Source: Tagaea sp.
GTDB taxonomy: Bacteria > Pseudomonadota > Alphaproteobacteria > CACIAM-22H2
Assembly (NCBI GenBank): GCA_965279525.1
Contig: CBDIIB010000002.1
Span: 128,001 to 192,000, forward strand
DNA: 64,000 bases
Reading direction: 5' to 3'
The notes beneath the pieces were generated by a model. It did not search any database. It saw nothing but the letters and a program-made list of their open reading frames with translations, and was not told the origin of the DNA. This document shows, in pieces, positions 59,933 to 64,000 of this stretch. Position 1 is the stretch's first letter. Every line of letters begins with the position of its first letter. The position numbers and the translations under genes were made by a program.

Positions 59933-60285
59933 GCGGCTTCGAGTTCAGCGACGGCCAGGCCTTTCTCGCGGCAGGCGTGGCGGCGGCCGCGACCTATTTC
60001 TGGCGCGGATTCGGCGTGGCGATCGGCGGCCGGGTCGATCCAAAGGGCCGGGTCTTCGAGTGGTTCGCGTGCGTGGCCTACGCGGTGCTGGCCGCCCTGG
60101 TCGTCCGCCTGATCGTGTTTCCGGGGGGCGAACTGGCGGGCGTGCCGCTCGTGGCGCGGCTGGCGGCGGCGGCCTTAGCCCTTGGTGTCTATTTCCTGAG
60201 CCGTCGCAGCATATTTTTCGGGTGCTTGGCCGGTTCCCTTGCCGTCGCGGCGACCGCGATGTGGCAGGCCCGAAGCATGCTATGA
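59929..60285 (+). CDS. AzlD domain protein
   Basis: ATYFWR, VAYAVLAAL; ATGA overlap with azlC. Confidence 0.78.
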   Translation: MSGFEFSDGQAFLAAGVAAAATYFWRGFGVAIGGRVDPKGRVFEWFACVAYAVLAALVVRLIVFPGGELAGVPLVARLAAAALALGVYFLSRRSIFFGCLAGSLAVAATAMWQARSML

Positions 60286-60295
60286 TCGTAGGACA

Positions 60296-60625
60296 ATGCG
60301 AACGCTGACGGTCCTTTTCGCCTGCCTGATCGCCGGATCCGTCGTCGCCCAGACGACAGAGGACGGCCTCGCGTGCAAATCCGACGGATTCGGGCGCGAC
60401 GTGACGACCAAGATGACCGACACGCTTCTCGACATGGGCTTTGTGGGGTTCGAGCGGATGTCGGTCGTCGACGGCTGCTACCGCGTCGTGGCGAAAAACC
60501 CGACCGGCGACCTCGTCGTGCTGACGTTCGACACGCTGGGCGAGCTGATCGGGCTGGGTCTGGGAAGCGGCGGTGCCAACCCGCGCTTCGCGCCCACGCG
60601 CGACGGCATCCGCGCCACCGACTGA
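60296..60625 (+). CDS. Exported PepSY-like small protein
   Basis: Signal peptide; C...GF...DGCYRVVAKNPTGDLVVLTFD. Confidence 0.65.
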   Translation: MRTLTVLFACLIAGSVVAQTTEDGLACKSDGFGRDVTTKMTDTLLDMGFVGFERMSVVDGCYRVVAKNPTGDLVVLTFDTLGELIGLGLGSGGANPRFAPTRDGIRATD

Positions 60626-60642
60626 GGAAGGCCGGGCGCCCT

Positions 60643-61614
60643 TTGTCGCAGGACGAAAAAGACAGCAAACCGCCCGGTTCCGCCATGCGCGCCAAGCTGC
60701 ACGCCTGGTGGGAAGGCTACGAATACGAGCCGCGCGCGCAATCCAAGGCGCCGGCGCCGGCGTCGGTGCCGGCCGCGAGCGCGGCCGAGGTCAAGCATCC
60801 CGATCCGGTCCGGCCGCCGATGGACGGCAAGGTCGTCGTCAAGGACCAGTGGCCGCCCGAGCGGATCAAGGTCGCCCAGCTCATCTGGGGCGACGGCTTC
60901 ACGTTTCCCGGCGGCGAGCAGTTCGCGGTCGAGATGGCACGCCCGCTCGCCCTCAACGAAGGCGACACCGCGATGGATCTGGGATGCGGGCTGGGTGCCG
61001 GTACCCGCGCCATCGCGAAGGCCTATGGCGCCTGGATGGAGGGCTACGACCTCTCGCTCGATCTCGCGCGCGCGGGCAACAACCTCTCGCACGCCGCGAA
61101 CATGGAGAAGAAGGCGCCCATCGGCCTGCTCGACGTGGTCGACGGCAGTTTCAAGCCCAAGCGCTACGACGGCACGATCGTGCGCAACGTCTTCTCGCTG
61201 ATTTCGGACAAGCCCAAGCTGCTGACCCGCCTCGTGCATGGCATGAAGCCGGGTGGCCGGATCGTCGTGGTCGACTGGACCGTCGCGCGCGAGGACGCGC
61301 TGGGCGATGCGCTGGATGCCTACCGCCTCGGCGAGGCGACGGCACCCCGGCTTTCGACGATCGCGCAGTTCACGGCCCAGATCGAGGCGGCGGGACTGGC
61401 CGTCAAGGTTGCCGACGATTTCACCGACGCGTTCCGGACGGTCGTGCTCGACGGCTGGTCGCGCATCGAGACGATCGTCGACCGCGGCCAGCTCAGTCCG
61501 GCGGAAGGAAAATCGCTGATGGACGAAGCCCAGCTCTGGCAGCGCCGGCTGGCCGCCATCGCCGCCGGCGACCTGCGCGTCGGCCGGTTCCTGGCCGAGC
61601 GCAAGCCGGGCTGA
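60643..61614 (+). CDS. Class I SAM-dependent methyltransferase (phosphoethanolamine N-methyltransferase-like)
   Basis: IWGDGFTFPGG, MDLGCGLG, MKPGGRIVVVDW; start 60643 TTG or 60685 ATG. Confidence 0.8.
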   Translation: MSQDEKDSKPPGSAMRAKLHAWWEGYEYEPRAQSKAPAPASVPAASAAEVKHPDPVRPPMDGKVVVKDQWPPERIKVAQLIWGDGFTFPGGEQFAVEMARPLALNEGDTAMDLGCGLGAGTRAIAKAYGAWMEGYDLSLDLARAGNNLSHAANMEKKAPIGLLDVVDGSFKPKRYDGTIVRNVFSLISDKPKLLTRLVHGMKPGGRIVVVDWTVAREDALGDALDAYRLGEATAPRLSTIAQFTAQIEAAGLAVKVADDFTDAFRTVVLDGWSRIETIVDRGQLSPAEGKSLMDEAQLWQRRLAAIAAGDLRVGRFLAERKPG

Positions 61615-61617
61615 CGT

Positions 61618-63216
61618 TCACTCCATCGCGTGGAGGGTGGCCGTCCGCGCGCGCAGGAAACTCGCGAAGCCCGACGGCATGCCGCCGGAGAACACGAACT
61701 CGATGTGCAGCGTATTGCCTTCGTGGTACTTGAGCTCGAAGGGCAGTTCGTCGCCGCAGCCATCGATGCGCAGCTTGCCTTTCTCGCCGATGCGCATCTG
61801 GGTCGCCGTCCTGAAGCCCACGCCGCCTTCCGAGATGTCGGCAACCTGGCCGGCGAAGGCCTTGCCCATCGAGTCCACGGCGCTTGCCTGGATGTCCACG
61901 GCATAGCGCGGATACTGCCGCCGGTTCGTCTTGGCAAGGAAGCTCGCCACGGCGTTGCGCATCTCCTCGGACTGCCGGTCGAGCCCCGAGGCCGCCGCCA
62001 GCACCGTCTGGGCGGACTCGCGAACGTTCTCGGTCGACTGCGAGACCGCCGTGATGTTCGACGTGACCATGCTGGTGCCGGCCGATGCTTCGCTGACGCT
62101 GCGCGCGATTTCCTGCGTCGCGGCGTTCTGCTCCTCGACGGCTCCGGCGATTGCCGTGGTCGCCTGGTTTACCTGCGCCACGGTCGTCGCGATGCCGCGG
62201 ATCGCGGCAACCGCTTGGGTCGTGGAGCGCTGGATCGCGTCGATCTGGCCGGAGATGTCCTCGGTCGCGCGCGCCGTCTGGTTCGCGAGCCCCTTGACCT
62301 CCGACGCCACGACGGCAAAACCCTTGCCGGCATCGCCGGCACGCGCCGCCTCGATCGTCGCGTTGAGCGCAAGCAGGTTCGTCTGCTCGGCGATCTTGCG
62401 GATTAGCGTTGCGAACTCGCCGATCCGGCTCGTTGCCGCCGCCAGCGAGGCGACGGTCGCGTCTACCGCCTGGGCCTCGTGCGCCGCCTTCGTCGCGACT
62501 GCGGCGGCCTCGCCGACGCGCGAGGAGATCTCGCGGATCGAAGCCGACAGCTCTTCGGCGGCGGATGCGACCGTCTGCACGTTGGTCGTCGCCTCCTCGG
62601 AAGCGGCGGAAACCGCCATTGAGCGCTGCTGGGTGTCTTCCGCGATCTTGACCATCGACTCCGCGTTCGTGCGCAGGTCGACTGCCGAGTTGGCGACCGC
62701 CTGCACGACCGCGCTGACCTCGCCCTGGAAGCTGACAGCGAGCTTGCGGTTGTCGACGAGCTTTTCCTGCATCGCTTCGTTCGCGGCGTTGATGATGCGT
62801 GCCGCCCGCCGGAACGAGCCGAGCATGCCGCGCTCGAGGACCTTGCGGAAGAACTTGCCCTGACGGGCATGGTCCATCGCCGCGGCGGCCTCGCGCACGA
62901 AGGCGTCCGAAGCGTCGATCAGCGAGTTGATCGAGTTCGACAACTCGCCCAGTTCGCCGCCTTCGCGGATGCCGATCAGGCGCGGTTCGAGATTGCCTTT
63001 GGCGGATGCGCGCGCGATGTCGCTGATGCCGCGCACGCTCGTCTTTGCCCGCTGCACGAAGACGAGTGTCGGGACCGCAGCAAGCGCCGAGAGGGCGGTA
63101 AGTGCCAGGGCCGCGACGCGAAAGTCGAGCCAGACCACGACGCACGCGGCGATTCCGGCACCCAGTGCCAGGATTGCGGCGAAGATCGCCTTAGATAGAG
63201 AAGACGAATTCGTCAT
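61618..63216 (-). CDS. Methyl-accepting chemotaxis protein (TM hairpin, HAMP, MA) with a C-terminal PilZ domain
   Basis: [34 protein letters not shown]; C-terminal RRQYPR...DISEGG. Confidence 0.93.
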   Translation of the reverse strand: MTNSSSLSKAIFAAILALGAGIAACVVVWLDFRVAALALTALSALAAVPTLVFVQRAKTSVRGISDIARASAKGNLEPRLIGIREGGELGELSNSINSLIDASDAFVREAAAAMDHARQGKFFRKVLERGMLGSFRRAARIINAANEAMQEKLVDNRKLAVSFQGEVSAVVQAVANSAVDLRTNAESMVKIAEDTQQRSMAVSAASEEATTNVQTVASAAEELSASIREISSRVGEAAAVATKAAHEAQAVDATVASLAAATSRIGEFATLIRKIAEQTNLLALNATIEAARAGDAGKGFAVVASEVKGLANQTARATEDISGQIDAIQRSTTQAVAAIRGIATTVAQVNQATTAIAGAVEEQNAATQEIARSVSEASAGTSMVTSNITAVSQSTENVRESAQTVLAAASGLDRQSEEMRNAVASFLAKTNRRQYPRYAVDIQASAVDSMGKAFAGQVADISEGGVGFRTATQMRIGEKGKLRIDGCGDELPFELKYHEGNTLHIEFVFSGGMPSGFASFLRARTATLHAME

Positions 63217-63715
63217 AGCTGACTCCCTTCGACTTGAGCAGTGCGTTCAGGTGTTCGTAGGACTGTTCCATGCCGGCCTTGCGATCGGAGTTCCGCTCCT
63301 CGATGTCGAGGAGCGACCGGTAGAGGGCCGAAACGGTCTGGATCTGGGAAGGCGAGGGCTTGCGCCGGTTCGAGTGGTAGCCGACGATCTTGCCTTCGGC
63401 ATCGAAACTCGGCGTCACGTGCGCGAAGACCCAGTAATGGTCCCCGCCGTTCGCCATGTTCATGACGTAGGCGAAGATCTCGTCGCCGGCTTCGATCTTG
63501 TTCCACAGCAGCCTGAACACGCAGCGCGGCATTTGCGGATGGCGCAGGATGCTGTGCGGCGCTCCGACGATCTCCGACTCCGGATAGCCCGAGATTTTCA
63601 GGAAGACCTCGTTGCCGTAGGTGATCCTGCCCTTGGCATCGGTCTTGCTGACGATCACCTCGTCTTCGCCGAACGTGCGCTCCTTGCCCGTCGGCTTGAA
63701 ATCGTATTTTGCCAT
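63191..63715 (-). CDS. Stand-alone Aer-type PAS protein (CetB-like)
   Basis: [45 protein letters not shown]. Confidence 0.9.
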   Translation of the reverse strand: MAKYDFKPTGKERTFGEDEVIVSKTDAKGRITYGNEVFLKISGYPESEIVGAPHSILRHPQMPRCVFRLLWNKIEAGDEIFAYVMNMANGGDHYWVFAHVTPSFDAEGKIVGYHSNRRKPSPSQIQTVSALYRSLLDIEERNSDRKAGMEQSYEHLNALLKSKGVSYDEFVFSI

Positions 63716-63746
63716 CTTGACTGTCCCCCTCCTTCTTTCGACCCGG

Positions 63747-64000
63747 TCAGCGTGCCTTGCGCAGGACCGATTTCATTTCGCGGCGCTCCTCGTCCTGCGC
63801 GTGGCGGCGGACCGCGTCGATCGTATCGAAGTTATCATTAAGAGTATTAACTATTGATTGATCGATCGCGCCGCGCTCCGCATCGGTCTGGAGCAGGGCA
63901 AGCGCGTGCGCGCCCGGCATCCCGGCGCGATAGGGCCGGTCCTCGGTCAGCGCCACGAAGCGGTCCGCGACCGCGATGATCCGTGCCTGCGCCGGAATCC
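63747..64000 (-). CDS. HD-GYP domain protein, C-terminal end (5' part outside the window)
   Basis: IPAQARIIAVADRFVALTEDRPYRAGM. Confidence 0.8.
   Translation of the reverse strand, partial: IPAQARIIAVADRFVALTEDRPYRAGMPGAHALALLQTDAERGAIDQSIVNTLNDNFDTIDAVRRHAQDEERREMKSVLRKAR

Overview
High-GC chromosomal segment that looks alphaproteobacterial, probably Rhodospirillales-like. This is inferred from the xseB-ispA-dxs-tlyA and fabI-aroC-pdxH gene order, a 17-kDa-type lipoprotein and an FNR/FixK box. I saw no rRNA, tRNA, CRISPR array or mobile element. Main blocks: (1) 1-12.3 kb, a Pel-like exopolysaccharide operon (pelA, TPR protein, TPR/beta-barrel protein, pelD-, pelE-, pelF-, pelG- and pelX-like genes). 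It is atypical: PelB appears split in two, there is no pelC between B and D, and PelD ends after its GAF domain without the c-di-GMP-binding GGDEF-like domain. (2) 12-28 kb, mixed transport and metabolism genes (RND pump, CDF, cNMP-EAL phosphodiesterase, HDAC, patatin, CBS, sthA). (3) 28-38 kb, housekeeping genes. (4) 38-41.4 kb, a low-oxygen-type cluster with an FNR/FixK box and a universal stress protein gene broken by an in-frame TAG. (5) 45.4-59.2 kb, a LacI-regulated sugar cluster that reads as alpha-xyloside uptake plus a non-phosphorylative (Dahms-like) pathway. (6) The right end holds an HD-GYP gene, a stand-alone PAS gene and a chemoreceptor with a C-terminal PilZ domain. All calls come from reading motifs by eye; no database searches were run.
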